Part shown: piece after piece, positions 36,488 to 46,316 of the stretch
How positions within the stretch are numbered: the stretch's first letter is position 1
Layout: every line of letters starts with the position of its first letter
Assembly (NCBI GenBank): GCA_016180085.1
Contig: JACPBX010000003.1
Span: forward strand, 74,655 to 138,654
Origin: Candidatus Woesearchaeota archaeon
GTDB taxonomy: Archaea > Nanobdellota > Nanobdellia > Woesearchaeales > UBA10216
Length of the DNA: 64,000 bases
Direction of reading: 5' to 3'
The notes under the pieces: generated by a model
Told to the model about the DNA's origin: nothing
Seen by the model: the letters and a program-made list of their open reading frames with translations, nothing else
Database searches by the model: none
Translations under genes and position numbers: made by a program

Positions 36488-37092
36488 TACTGTCTGCCGT
36501 GCTGGGAAGATTCAGAATGTTCCTGTATCTTCTTCTGGAGGTAGTAAGTTACCAGGTGGTGCAGCATGTCGTGGCAGTCTTCAACCCTGCCGTAGTTGTT
36601 TGATCTGACGTGGACATGGTGGTCAACTATGTTTTTCAGTTTCCCGCCGTCAAAGCCGAGGAAGGCTATTGTTTTTGCCTTGAATTTTTTTGCCAGCTCG
36701 ACTGCCTTAATGACGTTTGGCGAGTTGCCGCTGCCGGTCAGCGCAATAACAACATCCCCTTCATTCACGTAGTGGTTGAGCTGCTGCGAGAAAACGTCGT
36801 CGTAGGAAAGGTCGTTTGCGAATGCCGTCATAGTTGCAACGTTGTCTGTCAGGGACATGACCCTGAAGCGCTTTTCCAGGTGGTCGTAGACCCTCTGGAG
36901 CGTGCCTTTTGCTATGTCGCAGGCGAAATGCGATGCTGTTGCCGCGCTTCCTCCATTTCCGAATATGAATATCTGCTTGTCGTTCTTCCACGCATCGAAA
37001 AGCACGTCAACTACCTTCGTCACGTCTTCGGGCTTTATTGTGTCTATTTCTTTTTTCAGCTGTTCGATGTATGCTTTGACGAATTCAACCAT
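36487..37092 (-). CDS. gmhA: Sedoheptulose-7-phosphate isomerase (GmhA, SIS domain)
   Basis: 201 aa; FIFGNGGSAATASHFACD, LTGSGNSPNV SIS motifs typical of GmhA. Confidence 0.8.
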   Translation of the reverse strand: MVEFVKAYIEQLKKEIDTIKPEDVTKVVDVLFDAWKNDKQIFIFGNGGSAATASHFACDIAKGTLQRVYDHLEKRFRVMSLTDNVATMTAFANDLSYDDVFSQQLNHYVNEGDVVIALTGSGNSPNVIKAVELAKKFKAKTIAFLGFDGGKLKNIVDHHVHVRSNNYGRVEDCHDMLHHLVTYYLQKKIQEHSESSQHGRQ

Positions 37093-37136
37093 TTTTTGTC
37101 AGGCAGCCGGCAGAAAAGGTGCATATAAAAATTTTG

Positions 37137-38015
37137 TCATAGCCTTAGCCGCTGCGCTTTTCTGCTCGTTTCTTCCCAGTTTACCAGTGGTGCCATGAAG
37201 TCAGAGTGGCAGTGTGTTGCCAGTGAAGGCATGCTTCCAACCAGCTTCCTTTTTGGGGTGGCGAACCAGAATTGCTTTATTCCCTGCACAAAATGCCAGG
37301 CGTTCTGCTCCCAGTTTGGGTAGAGGTAGCCTAAGAAAAGCACAGCATTGACCAGTTTCCTGAAAGTGCCATCCCGCTTTTCAACCCCCAAGCTGAAGAG
37401 CCAGAACTTCCACCAGTCCTTCATGAATGCCTCTGTCCTTCCTCCCCAGGTCATTGTTGCTGAGGAGACTGTGCGCCAGTGGTTGTATTTGCCAACATAA
37501 ACCCGTGCCTCTTTCATGCCTTCTGTGCGTATGTTCGCATACCTGTCCGGGTGGTCGTAAAGGGTTGCGTAGTCTGCATTTTTCATGGTGTTTAAGGCGT
37601 CAAGCATTGAGACGAAGGCGTTGTCAAGGTAAAGGTAGTCGTCCTCCCCGAAGTAGATATAGCCTGTGTCCTGCTTCCTTGCAAGCCCGTATATGAACCT
37701 GCATGACTCGATGTTTCCCTTGCCTCCTGTGTCGAAAATCTTGCCGTATTTTTTCATTAGCGCGAGCCTGTCTTGCGGAATGGGTGAGTCGTTGCAGAAA
37801 TAGAACGTTTTTTTGCACTCATTGCTGCTTAGCCTGTTTGCGGCGTTAAGGAAGCTTTTGAGGCAGGCAAGCTTCGAGAAGTATGGCGGCCTTTTCTTCC
37901 TCAGCATCTGCTCCCTGCTTTCATCTCCTACTGAGCGGTAAATGAATGTTATCGATTGCATCCAGGCATGCAAGCTGGCTGCTGTTAAATATCTTTCGTT
38001 GCCATGCGATAGCAC
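37137..38015 (-). CDS. Hypothetical protein (possible novel GT-A-like glycosyltransferase)
   Basis: 292 aa, soluble; contains a DxD-like GEDDYLY and DHPDRY; no recognised family. Confidence 0.45.
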   Translation of the reverse strand: MLSHGNERYLTAASLHAWMQSITFIYRSVGDESREQMLRKKRPPYFSKLACLKSFLNAANRLSSNECKKTFYFCNDSPIPQDRLALMKKYGKIFDTGGKGNIESCRFIYGLARKQDTGYIYFGEDDYLYLDNAFVSMLDALNTMKNADYATLYDHPDRYANIRTEGMKEARVYVGKYNHWRTVSSATMTWGGRTEAFMKDWWKFWLFSLGVEKRDGTFRKLVNAVLFLGYLYPNWEQNAWHFVQGIKQFWFATPKRKLVGSMPSLATHCHSDFMAPLVNWEETSRKAQRLRL

Positions 38016-38061
38016 GCGACAGAAACATTTAAAAACCTTCTGCCAGCAGCTCCTTTCCTGT

Positions 38062-39051
38062 ATGGCGAAGTTTAGGGTTCTGATTACGGGGGGAGCGGGC
38101 TTTATAGGCCATCATCTGGTTGAGGGAGTTCTGAAGGAAACAGATTGGGAAATCGTAATCATGGACCGGCTGGATGTTTCCGGAAGCCTGGAAAGGTTAA
38201 GGGATATATCCATCTGGGAAAGGGAAAAGCACCGGGTCAAGTTTATCTGGTGGGACTTAAAAGCGCCTGTTAACCAGATTGCAGCAAACCAGATAGGCAA
38301 GCTGGATTATATCTGGCATCTTGCTGCTTCAAGCCATGTAGATCGCAGCATTCAGGACCCATTGTCATTTGTAATGGACAACGTTGTTGGAACGTGCAAT
38401 ATCCTGAACTTTGCCAGGGAAATTAAGGGCTTAAAGCTGTTCATTTACTTCTCCACTGATGAAGTTTTCGGGCCTGCTCCGGAAGGGGTTCTCTATAAGG
38501 AATGGGACAGGTACAAGTCAGGAAACCCTTATGCTGCCACCAAGGCAGGGGCAGAGGAATTATGCGTGGCATTTGAAAACACCTATAAGCTTCCGATTAT
38601 TGTGACCCATACTATGAATTGTTTTGGAGAGCGCCAGCATCCCGAAAAGTTTATCCCGATGTGCATCAGGAAAATCCTGAATGGCGAAACCGTGACAATC
38701 CATTCGGATAAAACCAAAACAAAGTCCGGCTCAAGGTTCTATATACATGCCAGAAATGTTGGCGAGGCATTGCTGTTCCTTACCAAAAAATGCCAAATCG
38801 GGGAGAAATACAACCTGGTTGGGGAAAGGGAAGTTTCAAATCTTGATTTGGCGAAGTTTATAGCCAAGGTAGTCGGGAAAGAGCTGAAGTATGAGATGGT
38901 GGATTTTCATTCTTCCAGGCCCGGGCATGATTTAAGGTATGCGTTGGATGGCACAAAATTAAAGGAACTGGGCTTTGAATATCCTAAAACGTTTGAAGAA
39001 TCCATGGCAAAAACAGTTAAGTGGACCTTGGAACACAAGGAATGGCTTTAA
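38062..39051 (+). CDS. dTDP-glucose (NDP-hexose) 4,6-dehydratase, RmlB-like
   Basis: Start moved to MAKFRVLITGGAGFIGHHL (ATG 38062 verified); STDEVFG, YAATKAGAE, RPGHDLRYALD motifs. Confidence 0.8.
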   Translation: MAKFRVLITGGAGFIGHHLVEGVLKETDWEIVIMDRLDVSGSLERLRDISIWEREKHRVKFIWWDLKAPVNQIAANQIGKLDYIWHLAASSHVDRSIQDPLSFVMDNVVGTCNILNFAREIKGLKLFIYFSTDEVFGPAPEGVLYKEWDRYKSGNPYAATKAGAEELCVAFENTYKLPIIVTHTMNCFGERQHPEKFIPMCIRKILNGETVTIHSDKTKTKSGSRFYIHARNVGEALLFLTKKCQIGEKYNLVGEREVSNLDLAKFIAKVVGKELKYEMVDFHSSRPGHDLRYALDGTKLKELGFEYPKTFEESMAKTVKWTLEHKEWL

Positions 39052-39075
39052 ACAAGTGTGCAATTCTCTGATGTA

Positions 39076-40542
39076 TTACTTTCTTCCCGTTATTCTTCCA
39101 AGCATAGTTTTTGTAAGGTTCAGCTCATCCTTCCCTATGCCTTTCAGCATTGCGAGCACTGAGAAGTAGGCTGCCGCTGCGATTGGCACAACCATCAGGA
39201 GATGAAGCTGCTTAAGCGAGGTTATCACAGCTGCCATTGCTGCGGCAGCTATTAGCGGCTTGTACAGGAGCCTTGGAAGGCTGAGGCCGTAGCCGTTTTT
39301 CGTGCAGTAATAGTAAAGCATCACTACAGCAATAAGCTGTGTTGCGACTGCTGCTGCCGCTGCTCCGATGTAGCTGTACTTCGGTATCAGGAAAAGGTTT
39401 AGCGCGATGTTCACGCCAGCATACGCTGCTGTGACTCCTGTGAATATGTGCTGTTTGTTGATTGCGTTCATCAGGAAGCCCATGAGGTAGTGCAGGAATA
39501 TGAGAGCCTCAGCCCAGATAAGGAGCCTCAGGACAGTAATTGATGCCGTGAAGCCGGGGCCGTAAAAAAGAAGTATGACCCTGTCCGCAATGAGGGTGAG
39601 GCCTATGGCAGAGGGTATTGCTGCAACAAGTAAGTAGTAGAATGTTTTTTCATACAGCGCCTTAACAGACCCTTTTGCCTGGGCGTGCAGCCTGCTCATC
39701 GTGGGAAATGATGCAGTGACTATGACCAGGGGTATGAGCCTCAGCGCTTCTGTTATCTTGTAGGCTGCGCCATACCACCCTGTTGCGGCGAATCCCTGCA
39801 TGGCGCTGAGCATTATCGTGTCTGCCCTTTGGTAAACCATTCTCAGGAAGCCCGCTGCCCAGAACTGCATTGAGTTTCTGACTATGTGCAGCACAACTGC
39901 CTTGTCAAACCTTGGCGCGAAGCTGAAGAACTTTTTCCTGACAATGTATGCGTTCGTGGCGAATGCCGCAAGCTGTGAAACTATGTATGCGAGTATAACG
40001 TACTTGAGGCCGTATCCTGAAACCAGCAGCCAGAGTCCTGCGCCTGTGAACAGCAGCCTTTCGAAAATCAGCAGCCCGGAATAGTACGAGCCTTTCTCAT
40101 GTGACATGAAAACGCTCCTGAACGGCTCTGTCGCGAAGTTCAGCGCCATGCCCACTGTTGCCATGACTGTTATTAGGAGTGTTTCAGGCGTTATGAAATT
40201 CAGGAAGAACGCCGCTGTTGCCGCTAATGTGCCTATGGCGAGTGCAAGCGGCGCCATCATGAGGCGCAGCCCCAGCACGTTGCTCAGGTAAGAGCTTGCC
40301 AGTGCCCTGTTCTTGGCCATCTCCCTGTTGATGTACATCGGTATGCCAAGGTCGATAAAGTTCAGTATGAGGTCTATGAATGCAAATGCGAAGGCGTAGG
40401 CGCCCAGCCCGATATTGCCAAGGTATCGCGCTATTGCAAATACTAACAGAAGAGAAAGGGCTCTGGTTGTTACCTCTCCCACGAACAGGAAGCCGGTATT
40501 GCCAATTACTATTTCGGAGTCTGTCCTGTGTTGCTCAGCCAT
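39076..40542 (-). CDS. Wzx-type oligosaccharide flippase (MOP superfamily polysaccharide biosynthesis protein)
   Basis: About 488 aa from ATG 40542 (verified; overlaps the upstream methyltransferase stop by 8 nt); 12-14 TMs. Confidence 0.7.
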   Translation of the reverse strand: MAEQHRTDSEIVIGNTGFLFVGEVTTRALSLLLVFAIARYLGNIGLGAYAFAFAFIDLILNFIDLGIPMYINREMAKNRALASSYLSNVLGLRLMMAPLALAIGTLAATAAFFLNFITPETLLITVMATVGMALNFATEPFRSVFMSHEKGSYYSGLLIFERLLFTGAGLWLLVSGYGLKYVILAYIVSQLAAFATNAYIVRKKFFSFAPRFDKAVVLHIVRNSMQFWAAGFLRMVYQRADTIMLSAMQGFAATGWYGAAYKITEALRLIPLVIVTASFPTMSRLHAQAKGSVKALYEKTFYYLLVAAIPSAIGLTLIADRVILLFYGPGFTASITVLRLLIWAEALIFLHYLMGFLMNAINKQHIFTGVTAAYAGVNIALNLFLIPKYSYIGAAAAAVATQLIAVVMLYYYCTKNGYGLSLPRLLYKPLIAAAAMAAVITSLKQLHLLMVVPIAAAAYFSVLAMLKGIGKDELNLTKTMLGRITGRK

Positions 40543-41302
40543 TTTTATCGCTGTTTTCCGTTTTCTTTTTCCTGCCATTCAGCTTTATTTCCTTTTTTGC
40601 ATTTTTGGCCAATGTTTCTTTTACGCACAGCAGCTGGAAGGCGTATTCCGGATGGTTTCCTGTGAACAGCTGCGTTAAGTCTGAAAGCAGGCTCCAGGCA
40701 AATTTAGGCTTTAGCCTTATCGCAGCATAAGCCCCCCTTAGGGGTTTCCAGCCGTTGATGCCTGTGACTTTGTAGCCAAGCCTTTTCATCTCTTCTGCGT
40801 TCCATCCTGACTTGTGAAGCTGCCACGGGTTGCTCTCAAACTCGCCTTGCGGCAGGAAGCCGTTTGGCGTGAACACAATCACTTTTTCCCTTGCAATTTT
40901 TTCCATCATTGCCAAAAGCCTTAGTCCCTCCTCTTTGGTTAGGTGCTCTATGGCGTCTGAGGCAAGCACGCAGTCGAAAGAGTTCGGCTTGAATTTTCTT
41001 CCTATTTCGAGTATGTCCATCTTATAATACCTGTCGTGTATGCCTTCTGCCTTGCTTTTCCTGATGCTTGGCTCAAACGCGTCCACGCCAACGCAGTATG
41101 GTTTATTGGAGAAATGCCTGACTGGTGAGTTCTCCCCGCAGCCAACATCAAGCAGTGTATAGGCGGCATTCGGCCGCCTATACGCATCGGCTTTTGCCGA
41201 TGCTGTTTTGCAGCCTCCAACTGCTTTTTCAAGCTCTTTTGGGTAGTCCGGGAATATTTTCCTGTATATCGACTTAGCGATGCTGTTGTGCAGGTTTACC
41301 AT
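40535..41302 (-). CDS. Class I SAM-dependent methyltransferase
   Basis: Start moved to MVNLHNS (ATG 41302..41300 verified), overlapping the upstream GT2 by 7 nt; LLDVGCGEN motif I. Confidence 0.7.
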   Translation of the reverse strand: MVNLHNSIAKSIYRKIFPDYPKELEKAVGGCKTASAKADAYRRPNAAYTLLDVGCGENSPVRHFSNKPYCVGVDAFEPSIRKSKAEGIHDRYYKMDILEIGRKFKPNSFDCVLASDAIEHLTKEEGLRLLAMMEKIAREKVIVFTPNGFLPQGEFESNPWQLHKSGWNAEEMKRLGYKVTGINGWKPLRGAYAAIRLKPKFAWSLLSDLTQLFTGNHPEYAFQLLCVKETLAKNAKKEIKLNGRKKKTENSDKNG

Positions 41303-42216
41303 GGCATCTTTCCGGAAAGGCTTTTCCTGTACATAATGCCTTGAATAAAGCCCAAAATTGCGGCTTTCGCGGCTGCGCTGTCCCTCTTCAGCAGCTTGTA
41401 CGCTACAAGGGCTGCCAGCTCTGCAAGGTAAAAGGCGGCGAAGCTTGGCCAATGGCACCATCTTGCATTCTTCCGCATGAATATTAGCCTGTTTCTCATA
41501 TTTTGCCTTATCATGAGCGGGCTCCCCTTCCTGATTGATGCGGACACCTTATGCCATATTTTTGAGGCTGGCACGACTTTTATGCCGTAGCCCTGCCTTT
41601 TTGCCCTTGTGCAGAAGTCAGCCTCTTCATAGTAGAGGAAGAAGTATGCGTCCAGGACTCCGATTTTTTCAAATACTTCCCTTCTCACAAGCATTGCGCA
41701 TCCTGAGCCGTAATCTGTATCTGTGACTTCTTTGAACTGGCCTTTGTCAATCTCGTTGAGGTGCTGGTGCCTTGCATCCCCATGCCAGAAGTTGAACGAA
41801 GCTCCGGCATACCAGACCCTTTTTGGCTCGTCATAATAGTATATTAGCGGCGACACTATGCCTGCCCGCTTGTCCCTTTCAGCTTCGGCAACGAGGTGGC
41901 CGAGGAACTCCTGATGGACTACAGTGTCATTGTTCAGCAGCAGGATATAGTCTGCCTTATCCTCAAGCGCGCGCCTTATCCCGACGTTGTTGCCTTCTGC
42001 GAAGCCGAGGTTTTTGCTGTTCTCTATCAGCGTGAAGCTAAAGCCTTTTTTCCTGAGCGCCTTCAGCTTTGGCGCATCATTTGCCGAGCCGTTGTCAACC
42101 ACAACAATTTTGAAATTTTGGTAGCTTATCTTTTCCAGCGACTCAAGGCAGTCTTTTGTCAGATCGTAGTTGTTCCAGTTCAGCAGAATTATGCTGACAA
42201 GCGGCTTTCGCATCAT
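41296..42216 (-). CDS. GT2 glycosyltransferase (WbbL/rhamnosyltransferase-like)
   Basis: 306 aa; VSIILLNWNN, VVVDNGSAND, NNDT motifs. Confidence 0.8.
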   Translation of the reverse strand: MMRKPLVSIILLNWNNYDLTKDCLESLEKISYQNFKIVVVDNGSANDAPKLKALRKKGFSFTLIENSKNLGFAEGNNVGIRRALEDKADYILLLNNDTVVHQEFLGHLVAEAERDKRAGIVSPLIYYYDEPKRVWYAGASFNFWHGDARHQHLNEIDKGQFKEVTDTDYGSGCAMLVRREVFEKIGVLDAYFFLYYEEADFCTRAKRQGYGIKVVPASKIWHKVSASIRKGSPLMIRQNMRNRLIFMRKNARWCHWPSFAAFYLAELAALVAYKLLKRDSAAAKAAILGFIQGIMYRKSLSGKMPW

Positions 42217-42261
42217 GCCAATAAAAATTTCGGCTTGTTTTTAATGCTTTCCTTGATACTG

Positions 42262-43653
42262 TCAAGACCCGATTAGGGCCCTGATGAGGGTTCCCGGTAT
42301 CTCTGAAAGGGGCACTTTTGATGTGACCTCCTTCAGCATTACAGCGAGCATGTTCACGAAGTTAGCAGCCACAAGTATGGCTACTGCCGCATAGACCGGC
42401 TTCATCCCGGCTTTTATCCTTGCAATCCTGATGAGCTCTGCTGTTCCAAGGGCGAAGAAGACACTCATCCCAAGCAAAAATCTCAGCCCGTAGCCGTTTA
42501 GCCATGCCGACCAGCTCGTGGTCAGCAACAGCTGTGCTGCAACAGGCACGAGGAAGTACCATGCCGCTCCCTTTATCCTTTTTGCAAACAGGAACAGCCC
42601 CACCATTGAGAGCGGCAGGAGAGGCACCCTCCACAGGCCTGCCTCTGTCGAAAGCAACAGTGGCAGCAGCTGCGGAGCTGTCCACTGGTAGAAATTGTAT
42701 TTGACTGAGCTGGCGTAGGTGTTCACAATGTAGCTTCCGTACATTTCTTTCCACAGGAGCATCTGCGGGAAGATCATTCCAAGGAAGCCAATGCCAAGCA
42801 GGCCAGAGTTAATGACGGTTTTCCTTAAGTTGGCAAAGCTGAGTTTTCCCGCCAGGCTTTTGAGCAGCTCGAGTCCGGGCAAAAACCCTATCAGCGCGTC
42901 CTGCTGCCTGATAAGGTAAACAAGCCCAAGGAGCACTCCAAGAAGCAGCCATTGCAGCTTTGTCCTTTTCCCCAGCCCCAGCGTGGTGTACCAGATGTAC
43001 ACAAACAATGTGACTGTAAGCATTGAGTTGATGTGTGACATGCTTGGCTCAATGCTCTGGTACCAGAAAAAGGCTGTTCCGTACCAAACCGCGACAGTGG
43101 CAAGCAGGGCTGTTTTTTTCTCGAACCATTTTCTGCATAGCTTGTAAATCAGCAATGCCCCCAGAAGCCCGTAAACAAGGCTTGCAATGCCAATGCCCGC
43201 CTCATACAGGAAGCCAAAGCCATCTGCCCTTACATGGAGTCCGGCAATGTTCAAAAGCAGCGCAAGCGCATGCGCGGCCAAAAAGAAGGGGGCCCACATT
43301 ATGGCATTTCCTATCAGGTAAATATTCTCCAGGTAACCTTTTTTTGTTTTCACTGATGGAATATTCTCAACCCTCTGGATGGCTGAGAACTTGCTGTAAG
43401 TGGTGTTATAATAAGTCCATTCGTTAGTGAAATTGATGTCCTTGTCAATTACCATTGACCTCAGGTATGAGTAATAGCCCCTGCCGTCATTATATACGAC
43501 AAACCCCGTTACCATATAATGAAGAATCATTATCACAGCAACAGGCACCAAAAACACCAGCATAAGCTTGGTTTCAGCGCTTATTCTCCCCATGCGCATG
43601 AACACCTCCGGATTATTTAAAAAGTTTTTTCTCACAGAAAGATATTTAAACAA
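42262..43653 (-). CDS. Polytopic integral membrane protein (polymerase/GT-C-like), hypothetical
   Basis: 463 aa, more than 10 TMs, no recognised motif. Confidence 0.45.
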   Translation of the reverse strand: MFKYLSVRKNFLNNPEVFMRMGRISAETKLMLVFLVPVAVIMILHYMVTGFVVYNDGRGYYSYLRSMVIDKDINFTNEWTYYNTTYSKFSAIQRVENIPSVKTKKGYLENIYLIGNAIMWAPFFLAAHALALLLNIAGLHVRADGFGFLYEAGIGIASLVYGLLGALLIYKLCRKWFEKKTALLATVAVWYGTAFFWYQSIEPSMSHINSMLTVTLFVYIWYTTLGLGKRTKLQWLLLGVLLGLVYLIRQQDALIGFLPGLELLKSLAGKLSFANLRKTVINSGLLGIGFLGMIFPQMLLWKEMYGSYIVNTYASSVKYNFYQWTAPQLLPLLLSTEAGLWRVPLLPLSMVGLFLFAKRIKGAAWYFLVPVAAQLLLTTSWSAWLNGYGLRFLLGMSVFFALGTAELIRIARIKAGMKPVYAAVAILVAANFVNMLAVMLKEVTSKVPLSEIPGTLIRALIGS

Positions 43654-43674
43654 TCTGTCAGAGGCTTTTTTATC

Positions 43675-44379
43675 ATGAAGCTGTCAATTATTATGCCGGT
43701 TTATAACGAAGCCCGCTATATAGATAAAATCCTTGCCAAGATTTTTTCAGTGGAGCTCGGTAATGTGGAAAAGGAAATAATAGTTGTTGACGATTTTTCA
43801 ACTGATGGCAGCCGCGAAAAGCTTGCAGAACTTGCCAAAGCCAAGCATGAGGACGTGAGGGTTGTTCTTCATGACAGGAACAAAGGCAAGGGCAGTGCCC
43901 TGAGGACAGGGCTGGCTTATTCTACCGGCGATATTGTGCTTTTTCAGGATGCTGACCTTGAATATGACCCCCAGGATTATGAAAAGCTCATTCAGCCCAT
44001 TATTGAAAACCGCGCTGATGTTGTTTACGGCTCGCGTTTCCTTGGCTCGACATGGCGCAATAAGCTTGCGTTGCCAACCCACTTTTTGGGAAACAAGATT
44101 TTAAGCCTTCTCACAACCCTCTTTTACCGGAAGTGGATCAGTGACATGGAAACAGGGTATAAGGTTTTCAGGAGCAGCGTTATAAAGGGCCTTAGCCTGA
44201 CTGCCCGGCGTTTTGAGATTGAGCCGGAGATAACTGCAAAGCTTTTAAAAAAGAACGTCAGGCTGTGTGAAGTGCCGGTTAGCTATTCTGCCCGCAAGTT
44301 TAGCGAGGGAAAGAAGATTACGTGGAAGGATGGCGTTAAGGCTGCATGGTGGCTGGTGAAGTGCAGGTTTAAGGGTTGA
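43675..44379 (+). CDS. GT2 glycosyltransferase (Dpm1-like)
   Basis: 234 aa; LSIIMPVYNE, VVDDFSTDGS, QDADLEYDP; TTTAAA box about 35 nt upstream. Confidence 0.8.
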   Translation: MKLSIIMPVYNEARYIDKILAKIFSVELGNVEKEIIVVDDFSTDGSREKLAELAKAKHEDVRVVLHDRNKGKGSALRTGLAYSTGDIVLFQDADLEYDPQDYEKLIQPIIENRADVVYGSRFLGSTWRNKLALPTHFLGNKILSLLTTLFYRKWISDMETGYKVFRSSVIKGLSLTARRFEIEPEITAKLLKKNVRLCEVPVSYSARKFSEGKKITWKDGVKAAWWLVKCRFKG

Positions 44380-44399
44380 GGTGCTGGGGTCTTCTGCAA

Positions 44400-45128
44400 A
44401 TGGCAACGCGTTACTCTGACGCAGGGTATGAAATCATTGACTGCATACACGTGGCTCAGCGCTTTGTCAGCTGGATGTACGCCGTGGTAAGGCCCCATCT
44501 TTACGGGAACATCCTGGAAATAGGTTCGGGAAGAGGCACATACTCTGAGAGGCTTACAAGGGATTTTCCCGGCAGTAAGCTGATTTTTTCCGACATAGAT
44601 CCCGATTATGTCAGGCAGTTAAGGCAAAAGTTCCGGTCAAACAAGGATGTGACTGTGCTTCTGCTTGACATGGGGAAGCCCGCTGATTACGGGAAAATCC
44701 GCCAGAGGGTCGACTCTGTTTTCGCTTTAAACGTCCTTGAGCATATTAAAGACGATGTCGCAGCTTTGAAGCACATTTATGGCATTCTGCCAAAAAACGG
44801 CAGATGCGTTATCTTAGTCCCAGCCCATAAGATGCTTTACAACACAATTGATGTTGCACTCCGCCACTACCGCCGTTATTCGAAAAGAGAGGTCGTGGAA
44901 AAGGCGAAGCTGGCGAATTTCCGTATCAGGCACTTGTCCTATTTCAATTTCGTGGCAGTGCTTGGCTGGTTTGTTAATGGCAATCTGATGAGGAAAAAAG
45001 TTTTCAGCTATACCGGCATGCAAACGCTTAATGCCCTGGTCCCTGTGCTGCAGTTCATTGAAAAGCACATTTTGAGGAATAGCTTCGGGATTTCCATACT
45101 TGCCGTGCTTGAAAAGCCTGGCGATTAA
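44400..45128 (+). CDS. Class I SAM-dependent methyltransferase
   Basis: Track start 44376 is TTG; first ATG at 44400; ILEIGSGRG motif I. Confidence 0.7.
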   Translation: MATRYSDAGYEIIDCIHVAQRFVSWMYAVVRPHLYGNILEIGSGRGTYSERLTRDFPGSKLIFSDIDPDYVRQLRQKFRSNKDVTVLLLDMGKPADYGKIRQRVDSVFALNVLEHIKDDVAALKHIYGILPKNGRCVILVPAHKMLYNTIDVALRHYRRYSKREVVEKAKLANFRIRHLSYFNFVAVLGWFVNGNLMRKKVFSYTGMQTLNALVPVLQFIEKHILRNSFGISILAVLEKPGD

Positions 45129-46270
45129 GTTGGGGAGGATTCTTCTGCAAGATCATCTGCAATTTTCTCTGCCAGTTCCGCCTTCCTTCTTTTTTCCTCT
45201 TCAATCACGCCATGGGTCTCGTAATATTCCTGCAGCGTTTCATCGTAAATTTCAGCATGCCTTTTTGCGATTTTTTCAAGGTTGGCATCCTGCCGGTATT
45301 TTTCCACTCCTCTCTGGTAAATGCCGTAGCTGCTGTGCACCTTCCTTATCCCGGCTGCTATCGCTTTTGGGCTGCGTGGCTCAACAACAACCCCGCATCT
45401 GAACTCTTTCACTATTTCTGCAAGTGCGCCTACGTCACTAACCACAACCGGTATTCCATAGGCAAACGCATTATGCAGTGTTCCTGACTGGTAAGGCGCC
45501 CAGATATAGGGGAAAACCATTATGTCTGCCTTATCAAGGTATTTCAGTTTCTCATTTTCAGGCACCCACCTTATGTCGAGCCTTACATTGCCCAGCTTGT
45601 TCTCTGAAGCGCTTTCCCTCAGCAGATTTTCGTAGTCTGCCGTTACTGCCTTTCCTGCAATAGTAAGGTTGAAGCCTGGCAGCTCATTCATCGCCCTTAT
45701 GAGGTATTCAGCTCCCTTGCCGTGGCTGAGCATTCCGAATAGCAGAATGTTTTTGCCTTTGGTGATGTGCATTGGCATAAGCTTTGTGATGAGGTGGTGG
45801 TAAACTGCATATGCCTGCTTTTTCTTGTACTTTAGCTGCAGGAACTCCTTCTGCTGCCTTGTGTGCGCTATGGCTGCAGACGCTTTTTTTGTTATCCACT
45901 TCTGCAGGAAGGACAGCGCTTTTTCCTTTAGCGTTTCTGTTGCTGTATGCACCTCATGGAACGTCACCACAACCGGGACTTTTTGGCTTAGCGCCACGAG
46001 GAGGTTGAGGTTCAGCGTCAGCTTTCCGAAATGGGGTGCTATGTATTGTATGTGCAGCAGGTCAAGCTTCTCTTCTTCGGCTATCCGCTTCAGCTGCGAT
46101 TTCAAGGAGAACGACTTGAAATCAATCCTGTGGTGCGCTGTTGTTGACTCCCTGTCCCCAATCTTTACTACTGTGATGCCCGCCTCTTCAAGCCCCTCGC
46201 ACAGGGCCGCAGAGTAAAGCGCTATGCCGTCCTGCTGCTCAGGGTATTTGCTTACCATTCCGATTTTCAT
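45125..46270 (-). CDS. Glycosyltransferase, GT-B fold (group 1/GT4-like)
   Basis: 381 aa; C-terminal ...FAYGIPVVVSDVGALAEIV... Glycos_transf_1-like. Confidence 0.7.
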   Translation of the reverse strand: MKIGMVSKYPEQQDGIALYSAALCEGLEEAGITVVKIGDRESTTAHHRIDFKSFSLKSQLKRIAEEEKLDLLHIQYIAPHFGKLTLNLNLLVALSQKVPVVVTFHEVHTATETLKEKALSFLQKWITKKASAAIAHTRQQKEFLQLKYKKKQAYAVYHHLITKLMPMHITKGKNILLFGMLSHGKGAEYLIRAMNELPGFNLTIAGKAVTADYENLLRESASENKLGNVRLDIRWVPENEKLKYLDKADIMVFPYIWAPYQSGTLHNAFAYGIPVVVSDVGALAEIVKEFRCGVVVEPRSPKAIAAGIRKVHSSYGIYQRGVEKYRQDANLEKIAKRHAEIYDETLQEYYETHGVIEEEKRRKAELAEKIADDLAEESSPT

Positions 46271-46316
46271 TTTTGGTTTCCCTTGCTTTCCCCTTTTCCC
46301 CTGCCTTTTCCGCTTT

